Virus record (IMG/VR): IMGVR_UViG_3300021376_000006 | From: a virus | Taxonomy: Duplodnaviria; Caudoviricetes | Length of the DNA stretch: 64,000 bases | Strand: one strand, 5' to 3' | Shown: in pieces, positions 39,792 through 49,282 of the stretch | How positions within the stretch are numbered: position 1 is the stretch's first letter | How the letters are laid out: every line of letters starts with the position of its first letter | The notes under the pieces: model-generated | What the model was told of the DNA's origin: nothing | Database searches by the model: none | What the model saw: only the letters and a program-made list of their open reading frames with translations | Program-made: the position numbers and the translations under genes

Positions 39792-41417
39792 ATGGCATAT
39801 AATATTACCTTAACTAACGGATCTGCGTTGATCAGCGGCGGATTGCCGGATGGTACAATTGATACAACAAACAGCAGCTTGACCTTAGTTGGTAAAAACT
39901 ATCCGGGCTATGGCTTGTTTTTGAACCAAAACATGGTTCGTTTGATAGAAAATTTTAGTAATGCTTCTGCACCTGCAGCACCACTCCCTGGGCAACTTTG
40001 GTGGAACAGCACAACTAAAAATCTTACAGTAAACACAGCTACCACAAAAGGTACAGCCAGTGCAGCTTGGAAAACAATTACTACAATGACATATTCGTCT
40101 AGTGCTCCTAGTAACCCAGTTACTGGAGAGCAATGGTACGATACTGTGGGTGGACAGCTCAAAGTTTGGACCGGAACCGGATGGATAACAATTGGCCCAG
40201 CAGCAGCAGCAGCTACAGGTAATTCAGGTGCTATCCCAGATACCATTGCAGCCACATCACCAAGTGCCACATATGTAGTATTAAAATTTTACATTGATAG
40301 CATTTTGGTAGGCATTTGGAGCAAAGAGGCGACGTTTACCACTGCGGTAAGTGGATTTGCCACAGTTAATAGAGGTCTCAATCTCAGCACAGCATTAAGT
40401 CAAGCATTTTATGGTAATGCAGACGTGGCTAACAATTTGTATGTGAGTGGTGTTGCAGTTCCTGGTTCTAGCTTTTTAAGAAATGACACATCGGGCACCG
40501 TCAATGGATCACTTTCTCTCACAAACGACAGTGGGTTGACATTTGGTGCTGCTGGCGATTTCGTAGGATCTGTTAGTAGCGGAACGGTTACTTTACGTAA
40601 TCAAACCAATAACAAAGACTTTGTTTTAAGTTTAAAAACTGCCAGCGTTCAAACACCTTTTTTAAAAGGAAATTATCAGACTGGTCTTGCAGAAGCTTAC
40701 AGTAATCCAACAGCAAGTTCGCCAGCCCTGACCTTGGCAACAAAAAATTATGTTGACAGTCAATTGGGCGGTGGTACAGGAACAAGCGCATTCGCAGCAA
40801 ATATCACTCCGTTTGCCAATGTAACATATACTTTAGGTAACACCACAAATCGCTGGAGCAATGTTTTTGCAGAAAGCACATTGGTTGGTAATGTATATGC
40901 AGCCAATGCAAACATTGCAACAGTATATGTTTCTAGCACCATATTACCAACTGCTAATACCACTGTTGATCTAGGCAGTACAGGGATGTGGTTTAACACC
41001 TTCTATGGTGTGTCTGTACAAGCACAATACGCTGACTTGGCAGAAAGATTTGAAACTGATCAACCATATGATCCAGGCACTGTGGTTGCTCTAGGCGGCG
41101 CAAAGGAAATTACTGCTGCTGCTGAGGAATTGAGTGAAGATGTGTTCGGCGTCATAAGTACACAAGCAGCCTACTTGATGAATGGGGCTGCTGGCCCAGA
41201 CACAACACATCCACCAGTAGCAGTCAATGGTCGTGTTCCAGTTCGTGTGATAGGAAAAATACGTAAAGGTGATAGATTGGTAAGTGCCGGAAACGGTATT
41301 GCTAGAGCTGGATCTAAAAATGAATTGAGTCCATTTAATGTGATTGGCAGAAGTCTACAAGATAAATTAGACAATGGCGAAGGTGTAATTGAAGCCATTG
41401 TGAAGTTAAACAGTTGA
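39792..41417 (+). CDS. Tail fibre protein with C-terminal intramolecular-chaperone (peptidase G2/IMC-like) domain
   Basis: N-terminus paralogous to 36645; C-terminal AQYADLAERFETDQPYDPGTVV...PPVAVNGRVPVRVIG..KGDRLV. Confidence 0.75.
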   Translation: MAYNITLTNGSALISGGLPDGTIDTTNSSLTLVGKNYPGYGLFLNQNMVRLIENFSNASAPAAPLPGQLWWNSTTKNLTVNTATTKGTASAAWKTITTMTYSSSAPSNPVTGEQWYDTVGGQLKVWTGTGWITIGPAAAAATGNSGAIPDTIAATSPSATYVVLKFYIDSILVGIWSKEATFTTAVSGFATVNRGLNLSTALSQAFYGNADVANNLYVSGVAVPGSSFLRNDTSGTVNGSLSLTNDSGLTFGAAGDFVGSVSSGTVTLRNQTNNKDFVLSLKTASVQTPFLKGNYQTGLAEAYSNPTASSPALTLATKNYVDSQLGGGTGTSAFAANITPFANVTYTLGNTTNRWSNVFAESTLVGNVYAANANIATVYVSSTILPTANTTVDLGSTGMWFNTFYGVSVQAQYADLAERFETDQPYDPGTVVALGGAKEITAAAEELSEDVFGVISTQAAYLMNGAAGPDTTHPPVAVNGRVPVRVIGKIRKGDRLVSAGNGIARAGSKNELSPFNVIGRSLQDKLDNGEGVIEAIVKLNS

Positions 41418-41432
41418 TAGGATTTAAAAGAT

Positions 41433-42410
41433 ATGACATACGCACAAGGTAGTTTAATTGATGCTTCAGATTACAACGATATATTAGGTACTAATACCAG
41501 CACTAATACCAGCACATTTCATGCTGTATGGGCGTGGGGTAATGGAAGTAGAGGTTATGGTCAAACACCTTTAAGTAATGTTGCTGTAAGTAGCACTGTT
41601 ACCGCTACTGAGTGGGCTACCCTTATTAACAATATAAATAGTGCTAATTTACATATTAGAAACACTAGCTCAGGTCTGACAGCTAATACTGCAGGTCAAG
41701 TCATTGGACATTCTGGTGGTCTACCAACTACAATTACATTACAAAATCAAGATAGATTATTATTTGCCACCAACTCTGCTGTAATTGCCAATCATAACAG
41801 TCTAACTGCCTACGGGGCTTGGTCTGTTGCAACTACAAGCTCAACGGTAAGTAGAAGTTTTGGCGCTAATGTACAGTTTGGCACAGCAGGGTCTACCGGT
41901 GTAGACCGAGCAAGGTTTTTTTTCAATGCCGGCGGCAGATTGAAATTTAATGTCAGTGCGGTCAATAATGTAGGTGCAGCGTCAAGATCTGCTGCTGTAG
42001 TTGATTTGTTCACTAATCTAGGAGGAGTTGCACTTTTTGGTGCTAATACCAACAGTGGTAGAACTGGCACAGGCGGCACACTTGGTACTAATGACACTGC
42101 AAAAGGTTATTATCAAGCTACAATAGCAAATATAACCTTAGTCTCGGTTACCAGTACCACAACCAATTATACCACAGACACAGCCACTATTACCTACAGA
42201 ACCAATGGCACACAAGGTTCGTTCAATGACAACGGCGACATTTTACAGTTTTGGGTGAATATTACTTCTACATCTGGCGGTAATTCCGGAGGTAGTTTCG
42301 ACGATGCTATCAATGTAACTCCAACTGTTACCATAGATGTTTCATATCCAGAAGTTACCAACATTGCAAATACCTGGGGTGCAGTAACGGTAACAAGACA
42401 AGGCTCGTAA
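41433..42410 (+). CDS. Virion structural protein (Thr/Asn/Gly-rich)
   Basis: Last gene of the fibre block, beta-rich composition, RFFFNAGG motif; AGGA RBS. Confidence 0.55.
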   Translation: MTYAQGSLIDASDYNDILGTNTSTNTSTFHAVWAWGNGSRGYGQTPLSNVAVSSTVTATEWATLINNINSANLHIRNTSSGLTANTAGQVIGHSGGLPTTITLQNQDRLLFATNSAVIANHNSLTAYGAWSVATTSSTVSRSFGANVQFGTAGSTGVDRARFFFNAGGRLKFNVSAVNNVGAASRSAAVVDLFTNLGGVALFGANTNSGRTGTGGTLGTNDTAKGYYQATIANITLVSVTSTTTNYTTDTATITYRTNGTQGSFNDNGDILQFWVNITSTSGGNSGGSFDDAINVTPTVTIDVSYPEVTNIANTWGAVTVTRQGS

Positions 42411-42415
42411 AAGTC

Positions 42416-42445
42416 TTTACATTCAGCAACTGGTTAGTGTATAAT
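42416..42445 (+). promoter_or_regulatory. Sigma70-like promoter TTTACA-N18-TATAAT
   Basis: -35 at 42416-42421, -10 at 42440-42445, 30 nt before ATG 42475. Confidence 0.6.
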
Positions 42446-42460
42446 AATCACTAACCAGTT
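42428..42460. repeat. Perfect 12-bp inverted repeat AACTGGTTAGTG / CACTAACCAGTT with a 9-nt loop containing TATAAT
   Basis: Read directly from the sequence; followed only by TTC, not a U-tract. Confidence 0.9.
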
Positions 42461-42474
42461 TCTACATCAAAATT

Positions 42475-42789
42475 ATGAATACTATCGACGATATTGTGAC
42501 CGAAGTTCGTAGGGCCACAGATTTTCAAATCAACAAGCAGATTCTACGCGAAAAAATTCAAACAGATCTACATATGACTCATCGCGGCGGCATGTTCAAA
42601 ATAACACCAGAACTTTTGGCATTTGTGAAAACATGGCCTGTAGACGAACTTTATCTTGAAGACATTTACCAAAATCCCGTTCAAATTGATCGTCAAACAT
42701 TTCTTGTAACTGCACAACAGCACTATCAAACAGTAATGAACACTTGGCATCAAGAATATGAAGAACTCAAAAAAATCAGAAAAATCTAG
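42475..42789 (+). CDS. Hypothetical protein, first gene of the modification island
   Basis: 104-aa ORF directly after the promoter, overlapping the next gene. Confidence 0.6.
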   Translation: MNTIDDIVTEVRRATDFQINKQILREKIQTDLHMTHRGGMFKITPELLAFVKTWPVDELYLEDIYQNPVQIDRQTFLVTAQQHYQTVMNTWHQEYEELKKIRKI

Positions 42790-43546
42790 AGGCATCGTGG
42801 CATTTGCTTACAATGTTGATACAATTGATTATGTGTCAATTGCCAAAAATATTTTAGAGTTGGCTAGTCAACTACTTGGAATTCCGTATACTTTAATTAC
42901 AGATAAAGAATTTGAAAATACAAATTACACAATGCGTTGTGACGTAGACACTGGCGAATTTATTAAGTGGCGCAATGTAGGAAGACATCATGCATACGAG
43001 TTATCACCATATGACGAAACTTTAGTGATTGATGTGGATTATTTGATATTGGACAACAATTTAAATAAAATTTTTGATGTTAATTGGGATTATTTACTAG
43101 CAAGAACAAGCACTGCCTTGACAACCACTTGGTCCAGTCAAATGGGAGAAACCAGTTTACCGTATGTTTGGGCCACAGTGTTTGCTTTCCGGAAAACACC
43201 TCGAGCTCAGATGTTTTTTGATCTTGTGGGAAGAATTCAAAGAAACTATGCCTACTATTGTGCTTTGTTTAATGTGCAAGAACGAAATTTTAGAAATGAC
43301 TATGCATTTGCCATGGCAGACATAATTTTAAATGGATACGCTCTATATAAAAAATCTATTCCGGGCAGCATATTGGCAGTGGATCAACCAATTGAAAGTA
43401 TTTGTTTGTCAAACAAAAAAGTCATTGTCAAAGATAAAAATAGAGCCTATGTGTTACCACGTACAAATTTACACATAATGAGCAAAACTTATTTGCAAAG
43501 CGATGACTGCCAACAGTTTATCAATCAGGTGCTTGATGAGTCATAA
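42758..43546 (+). CDS. GT-A fold (GT8-like) nucleotide-sugar transferase
   Basis: RGIVAFAYN, YELSPYDETLVIDVDY (DxD), FRNDYAF. Confidence 0.65.
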   Translation: MKNSKKSEKSRGIVAFAYNVDTIDYVSIAKNILELASQLLGIPYTLITDKEFENTNYTMRCDVDTGEFIKWRNVGRHHAYELSPYDETLVIDVDYLILDNNLNKIFDVNWDYLLARTSTALTTTWSSQMGETSLPYVWATVFAFRKTPRAQMFFDLVGRIQRNYAYYCALFNVQERNFRNDYAFAMADIILNGYALYKKSIPGSILAVDQPIESICLSNKKVIVKDKNRAYVLPRTNLHIMSKTYLQSDDCQQFINQVLDES

Positions 43547-44330
43547 AGCACAATTGGGATTCTTAACTGTTGCTTGCAACACCGAACATGTTGATTATCT
43601 TAGATTGGCTTATTTACAGGCTGTAAATGTCAAACAAACACAAAAGAACAATCAATATGCTGTGATAGTCGACAGTGCTACTCTAACTAAAGTTAGTGAA
43701 GATCACAAAAAAGTTTTTGATTACGTGATTGAAGCACCAGACCATGCATTTGGACCTTTTGGCACAGAAGCATTTGCATTTGAATTGACACCATTTAAAG
43801 AAACCATAAAACTAGAAAGCGATTTGTTATTTACAAGAAGTATAGACCATTGGGTACATGCATTTAGATTACGAGATATGGTACTAAGTGTTGGCAGTAG
43901 AAATTATCAACAACAAATATCCAATGTTAGAAATTATCGAAAAGCATTTGATGATAACAATTTGCCTGATGTATATAATGGGTTGATGTATTTTAGATTT
44001 ACCAAGACAGCACGAGATTTTTTTGACACAACAAAACAAATATATAGTAACTGGAACACAATTGTTAACGAGTTAAAAAATTGTAGAGAATCTGTACCCA
44101 GCACAGACGTTGTTTTTGCTTTGGCTGCACAAATTGTCGGACGAGAACTTTGCACATTACCAAGCGCAGACTTTATAAATTTTGTGCATATGAAGCCTGC
44201 TATTAACGGATTCAACGAAGATTTAAAATTCAGTGAAGTGTTTGTAACTGAACAGGACACAGATATGATTAGAATCAACAATATCAATCAATATCATCCT
44301 ATACATTATTATGATAAAGAATTTTTATGA
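43536..44330 (+). CDS. GT-A fold (GT8-like) nucleotide-sugar transferase paralogue
   Basis: DYLRLAY, FELTPFKETIKLESDLLF, STDVVFALA; start ATG 43536 preferred. Confidence 0.6.
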   Translation: MSHKAQLGFLTVACNTEHVDYLRLAYLQAVNVKQTQKNNQYAVIVDSATLTKVSEDHKKVFDYVIEAPDHAFGPFGTEAFAFELTPFKETIKLESDLLFTRSIDHWVHAFRLRDMVLSVGSRNYQQQISNVRNYRKAFDDNNLPDVYNGLMYFRFTKTARDFFDTTKQIYSNWNTIVNELKNCRESVPSTDVVFALAAQIVGRELCTLPSADFINFVHMKPAINGFNEDLKFSEVFVTEQDTDMIRINNINQYHPIHYYDKEFL

Positions 44331-44698
44331 GTGAAAATCTATGGGACGAAGTTGCTAGATTAGTGGCCGAGTATGATGCTGCTCGCCCAGTGATTACAAA
44401 AGAATATAGACTGTATTACAATCATGACGGAACCGTAATTGGACTTTGGGAGAGCAATCATCCCACCGGCGACAATTTTATTGTGTTAGATGATCCGGGC
44501 ATGTTTTATAGTGCAAATACTCTTTTACTACGAGTGCAAAATAAAAAATTAATTGTATTAGATCCGCGAGCACCTGCAAAAACACGATTACAAAAATCCA
44601 ATCAAGGATTTAGAGTAGTAAAAGGACATGCCGCTTTGATTTTAGAACAGGATGAAATCTATCCAGAAGTAGAATATTATGACCAAAAAAATAATTGA
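44327..44698 (+). CDS. Hypothetical protein
   Basis: 123-aa ORF with ATGA overlap. Confidence 0.55.
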   Translation: MSENLWDEVARLVAEYDAARPVITKEYRLYYNHDGTVIGLWESNHPTGDNFIVLDDPGMFYSANTLLLRVQNKKLIVLDPRAPAKTRLQKSNQGFRVVKGHAALILEQDEIYPEVEYYDQKNN

Positions 44699-45608
44699 TA
44701 TTGCAGATTTAGATTGTATCTTTTTAACTTATGACGAACCTAAAAAAGAAGAATTTTGGATTAGGATTCAAAACATGGTACCGTGGGCAAAGAGAGTTGA
44801 TGGAGTTAAAGGGTCTGATGCAGCGCATAAAGCAGCCGCTGCCGCGTCAGACACAGACCGTTTTGTTGTTATTGACGGAGACAATATTCCGGATCCAGAA
44901 TTTTTTAATCTACAACTATCGTTGGACGAGAGAAATCATGACCACGTTTTTAGGTGGAAGGCCAGGAATGCTGTAAACGGTTTAAGATATGGTAACGGTG
45001 GTGTAAGCTGCTGGACCAAGGATTTCGTTAATCGTATGCGAACACACGAAGCAAGTCTTGGGGATGAGGAAACTGCCGTTGAGTTTTGTTTTGATCCTAA
45101 GTATACAGCAATGCATAATTGTTATAGCACTACATATCCTAATGGTAGTTCCAAACAAGCATGGCGTGCAGGATTCCGTGAAGGTGTCAAGATGTGTCTT
45201 AACAGGGGACACAAGCCCACTCTACAAGAATTTGAAGAAGGTGTGAACAAAAGGAACTATGATAATTTATGTATATGGCACTCAGTGGGTGCAGATGTGG
45301 AAAATGGTTATTGGGCAATGTATGGAGCACGATTAGGCACATACATGATCATGCTTGAAGGGTGGGATCATCATTATGTTCAGGACTTTGACATGCTTGA
45401 AAAACTATGGACCAGTTTTAGTACTGAAGATCCTGAAGAAGGTTGTGCTAGGATCCAAGATGCATTAAAAAATAGATTAGGATTACCTATTGTTATGTAT
45501 ACACCAGAACAAAGTCAATTTTTTAAACATCACTACAGTATTGGGCAGCGTAATAGTGAAATTATGATGACTGAGATAGATGTAATTCGGAGGATCGAAG
45601 GATGGTAA
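44679..45608 (+). CDS. Glycosyltransferase-like (GT-A) protein
   Basis: DCIFLTYDEP, GVKGSDAAHKAAA, FVVIDGD (DxD), AWRAGFREGVK; paralogous to the C-terminal domain of 61987-63846. Confidence 0.55.
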   Translation: MTKKIIDIADLDCIFLTYDEPKKEEFWIRIQNMVPWAKRVDGVKGSDAAHKAAAAASDTDRFVVIDGDNIPDPEFFNLQLSLDERNHDHVFRWKARNAVNGLRYGNGGVSCWTKDFVNRMRTHEASLGDEETAVEFCFDPKYTAMHNCYSTTYPNGSSKQAWRAGFREGVKMCLNRGHKPTLQEFEEGVNKRNYDNLCIWHSVGADVENGYWAMYGARLGTYMIMLEGWDHHYVQDFDMLEKLWTSFSTEDPEEGCARIQDALKNRLGLPIVMYTPEQSQFFKHHYSIGQRNSEIMMTEIDVIRRIEGW

Positions 45609-46561
45609 TTTTAGAAAATAAAGACACACATATTTTTAATTTGCCTGAAAAAATTGTAGATATTGTACACGAGTATACAAATACCGGCAAAGTAATTATT
45701 ACAACTAACTCAGAAGGTTTGTGTCTTTTGTCGGCTAATTTTTATAATACATTAGATTATGTTTGCTCTAAATTTCAAATTAGTAAAAAATCAATTATTA
45801 TAAAAACTTGTAATGTAGAAGAATTTCATCCAGAATACACAATAAAAATTTTAGATAATTATTATATAGATAGTTGTAAGCCTTATTTAAAAGTTAAATT
45901 ATTACAAAAAAATCATCAGTTACATACTGTAGGTTGTTTTATAGGAAAGCCAAATTGGCATAGATTAATAATATCGGCATGGCTTTACACAAATTTTAAT
46001 AATAAAATTCTGTTAACGTGTCACTATAATCCGCAAGATGAAAGACATTTAATTGACAGCGAGTTAACAATGTTAAATCAACTAGCTTTTAACGAATTAT
46101 CTACAGTAATACCATATATGAAAAAATGTCCTGTGTATTTAGATGAAGGATTTTTAGATTATACTATTGGACCACCAACTCATTATAATTTATTGCAAAA
46201 GTACACTGACATATTTTTAGATTTAGTAGTCGAAACATATGTAACTGGTAAAACATTTTTTCCTACCGAAAAAACTCTAAGACCTATTATAGCAAAAACT
46301 CCTTTTATAATAATGGGTCCTCAAGGATATTTGTCTAATCTTAGAAGAATTGGATATAAAACTTTTTCAAATTGGTGGAGCGAAGATTATGACAATTTTA
46401 ATGGGTATCAACGAATTTTAGAAATTAAAAAAATTTTAGAAAATGTATTTACATGGCCACATAGTAAATTAAATGATACTTTAAATGAAATGAATAATGT
46501 ATTAGATCATAATAGAACGGTATTACAATATATGAAAGGTAGTGAAGTAAAACTGTCATGA
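45602..46561 (+). CDS. Putative GT-B glycosyltransferase (TEK-motif, GT10-like C-terminal domain)
   Basis: DLVVETY...FPTEKTLRPIIAKTPFIIMG...GYKTF..WWSEDYD; AT-rich; paralogue of 60714-61988. Confidence 0.45.
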   Translation: MVILENKDTHIFNLPEKIVDIVHEYTNTGKVIITTNSEGLCLLSANFYNTLDYVCSKFQISKKSIIIKTCNVEEFHPEYTIKILDNYYIDSCKPYLKVKLLQKNHQLHTVGCFIGKPNWHRLIISAWLYTNFNNKILLTCHYNPQDERHLIDSELTMLNQLAFNELSTVIPYMKKCPVYLDEGFLDYTIGPPTHYNLLQKYTDIFLDLVVETYVTGKTFFPTEKTLRPIIAKTPFIIMGPQGYLSNLRRIGYKTFSNWWSEDYDNFNGYQRILEIKKILENVFTWPHSKLNDTLNEMNNVLDHNRTVLQYMKGSEVKLS

Positions 46562-47940
46562 CAAAAAGTATCTTTCTCTCTTCTGCGGAGGCTATGCAAG
46601 AAAAATTAGGTCCTGCGCTTTGTCTTGCTAAATGGCAACAGGTCAGTCTACATCTTCCAACAGGACTAACTAACAGTTGCTATCACCCTCCACTACACGA
46701 AATAGATGCCGCACTATTGAAAGATAATCCCAGTGCGCTACACAATACACCACACAAAAAAGAACAGCGTAAAATTATGTTACGCAATGAACGACCGCAG
46801 GAGTGTAGTTATTGCTGGACACAAGAAGACCTAGGCAATTTAAGTGACAGGCATTATCGTTCAGGCGAACCCTGGGCAGCGGAACATTTTGATCGTATCA
46901 TCAACAGTACCGGAGACGAAGATGAAATTCCAAGTTATGTGGAAGTCAATTTTAATAACGCTTGCAACCTTAAGTGTAGCTATTGCAGCCCTCAGTTTAG
47001 CAGCACTTGGGCTGACGAAATTGCTAGGTACGGAGCGTATCCCACTAGTAATCGTCATAATGACCCCACTTTTTTTATGGACCGCAGAAGGCCTACGCCC
47101 AATCGTGAGGATAATCCTTATGTTAACGCTTTTTGGGAGTGGTGGCCAAGTCTTTATCCACGGTTAAAACACTTTCGAATGACCGGCGGCGAACCTTTAA
47201 TGGATCGTAATACCTATCGTGTATTTGATTATGTATTGGCTTTTCCTAAATCCGATTTGCACATTGATGTGACCAGCAATTTCAGTGTGGAAGAAAAGTT
47301 ATGGGAACAATACTTCAATTATGTAAAACAGTTGTGTAATACCAATATAGAGCATTTTATGCAGTATGTGAGTTTGGACTCTGGTATCCCGGAGCAAGCA
47401 GAATATATAAGACACGGGATGGAATTCAAACGAGTTTTAGCCAGGGTCGAATTTTTCTTAAGACACATACCCGGTCGCAATAGTCTTACATTTATTATTA
47501 CTATGAATAATCTAAGTGTTTTAGGTTTGCGAAGACAATTAGAAACCATTCTTTCATTGAGAAGATACCATAGTACAACATATCAACGTGTTTGGTTTGA
47601 CACACCAATATTGAGACAGCCCACGTGGCAAAGCTTACAAATACTTCCTTCTGTATATGCACGTCGATTGCAAGATGTAGTAGATTGGATGCAGGAAAAC
47701 TCGGAGACTGTTGAACGTCCGTTTCAAGGATTCAAAGATTATGAAGTGCAAAGAATGCAACGGGTTCTAGATTGGATGCAAGAAGGTAGCAAATTAGACG
47801 CTGAATATGTTAAACTACAACGTGCTGATTTTTATAAATTCTTTAGTGAGCACGATAAACGAAGAGGAACCTGGTTTCTAAATACATTTCCAGAAATGCG
47901 AGAGTTCTGGAACGAATGCCAATATCATGCCCAAAATTAA
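46558..47940 (+). CDS. Radical SAM protein with N-terminal twitch domain
   Basis: N-terminal CLAKW...SCYH...CSYCW, then CNLKCSYC and MTGGEP. Confidence 0.9.
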   Translation: MTKSIFLSSAEAMQEKLGPALCLAKWQQVSLHLPTGLTNSCYHPPLHEIDAALLKDNPSALHNTPHKKEQRKIMLRNERPQECSYCWTQEDLGNLSDRHYRSGEPWAAEHFDRIINSTGDEDEIPSYVEVNFNNACNLKCSYCSPQFSSTWADEIARYGAYPTSNRHNDPTFFMDRRRPTPNREDNPYVNAFWEWWPSLYPRLKHFRMTGGEPLMDRNTYRVFDYVLAFPKSDLHIDVTSNFSVEEKLWEQYFNYVKQLCNTNIEHFMQYVSLDSGIPEQAEYIRHGMEFKRVLARVEFFLRHIPGRNSLTFIITMNNLSVLGLRRQLETILSLRRYHSTTYQRVWFDTPILRQPTWQSLQILPSVYARRLQDVVDWMQENSETVERPFQGFKDYEVQRMQRVLDWMQEGSKLDAEYVKLQRADFYKFFSEHDKRRGTWFLNTFPEMREFWNECQYHAQN

Positions 47941-49282
47941 TAACGAAACAGATTTAGAATACAAGCGCAGAGTGATCGACATCAAGTCCAAATCATTCTG
48001 TGGAGCCAAATGGTATAATGCTACAATTTGGCTAGGATCAGGTATGACTACGTCATGTCATCACCCACTTCCTCACAAAGTTGATGTTGGAGATGTGCAA
48101 GTCAACCCCAGGACACTACACAATACATCTAAGAAAAAAGAAGAGCGTCGCCAAATGCAAGCGGGCGCAAGACCTACAGGTTGTGAATATTGTTGGAAGA
48201 TTGAAGACATTGATAGAAATAATATCAGTGATCGAGTTTACAAAACAGTAATTTACTCAGATGAGGACTTAAATTATGCGTACAACACAGACCCTAGCGA
48301 AGATATCAATCTTCGAACTCTTGAAATTAGTTTTGACCGCACTTGTCAGTTTGCTTGCTCTTATTGCAATCCTGCGTTCAGTAGCACTTGGGTTAAAGAC
48401 ATCAATACCCATGGACCCTACACTAATTTGGTGTCTGACGGCAGGAATCATTTTACTCATAGCCATGACAGTTCGCAGCTTTTTAAATATGGTGAAAATA
48501 ACCCATATGCAGAAGCCTTCTTTAGATGGTGGGAATCAGACCTCCACCAAACCTTAGACGAATTACGTATAACCGGAGGCGAGCCACTCATGTCCGGATA
48601 CACTTGGCAACTACTTGATTGGTTTCAACAAAACAAAGGTTGTAGCCAAACCAGACTTGCAATAAATTCTAACCTAGGAACACAAGTTGATCTCGATCGT
48701 TTATTTTCAAGTGTGGACACACCCATTGACCTATACACTAGTAATGAAAGCATCGGCCTACACTCAGAGTATATTAGAGACGGATTGGCCTGGGACGATT
48801 GGGCTAATACTGTAGAATTAATCTTAGACCATCAAATTGATCATAAACTACGTGCTTTGCACATCATGTGTACTATCAATGCACTGTGTTTAGACAGTTT
48901 AACAGACTTCTTGGAATGGGTAATTAATTTAAAACTATGCTATGGTCGAGAAGCGGTGAACTTTTCTTTAAATATCCTACGTTTTCCAAGTTTTCAATCT
49001 GCCCTAGTACTACCTAGCCAAATACGCACCAAGTATAAAGATCAACTTATAGACTTTATGGCTAGACACCAAGGTTCAGAGTTTGTACACGAATATGAAT
49101 GGAATCAGCTACAACGTTTGATTGATTATCTTGACGTGGTTAAAACTTCTCATACCGGAGCAGCAGAACAAGATGTATTACAAAAAGATTTCAAAAATTT
49201 TTATACACAATACGATATAAGAAGGAAAAAAGATTTTTGTAAAACTTTTCCTAATTTAGCTGATTGGTTCATTAACATATGA
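47927..49282 (+). CDS. Radical SAM protein with N-terminal twitch domain
   Basis: CGAKW...SCHH...CEYCW, then CQFACSYC and ITGGEP. Confidence 0.9.
   Translation: MPKINNETDLEYKRRVIDIKSKSFCGAKWYNATIWLGSGMTTSCHHPLPHKVDVGDVQVNPRTLHNTSKKKEERRQMQAGARPTGCEYCWKIEDIDRNNISDRVYKTVIYSDEDLNYAYNTDPSEDINLRTLEISFDRTCQFACSYCNPAFSSTWVKDINTHGPYTNLVSDGRNHFTHSHDSSQLFKYGENNPYAEAFFRWWESDLHQTLDELRITGGEPLMSGYTWQLLDWFQQNKGCSQTRLAINSNLGTQVDLDRLFSSVDTPIDLYTSNESIGLHSEYIRDGLAWDDWANTVELILDHQIDHKLRALHIMCTINALCLDSLTDFLEWVINLKLCYGREAVNFSLNILRFPSFQSALVLPSQIRTKYKDQLIDFMARHQGSEFVHEYEWNQLQRLIDYLDVVKTSHTGAAEQDVLQKDFKNFYTQYDIRRKKDFCKTFPNLADWFINI

Noticed and set aside
11867-42410. Bacterial eCIS/T6SS or tailocin locus
   Set aside because: Flanked by gp55, gp46, gp47 and T4-type late promoters, with no bacterial housekeeping genes; a phage origin is more parsimonious.
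42428-42463. Plain rho-independent terminator
   Set aside because: No U-tract on either strand and the loop is a consensus -10 box; kept as a regulatory finding instead.
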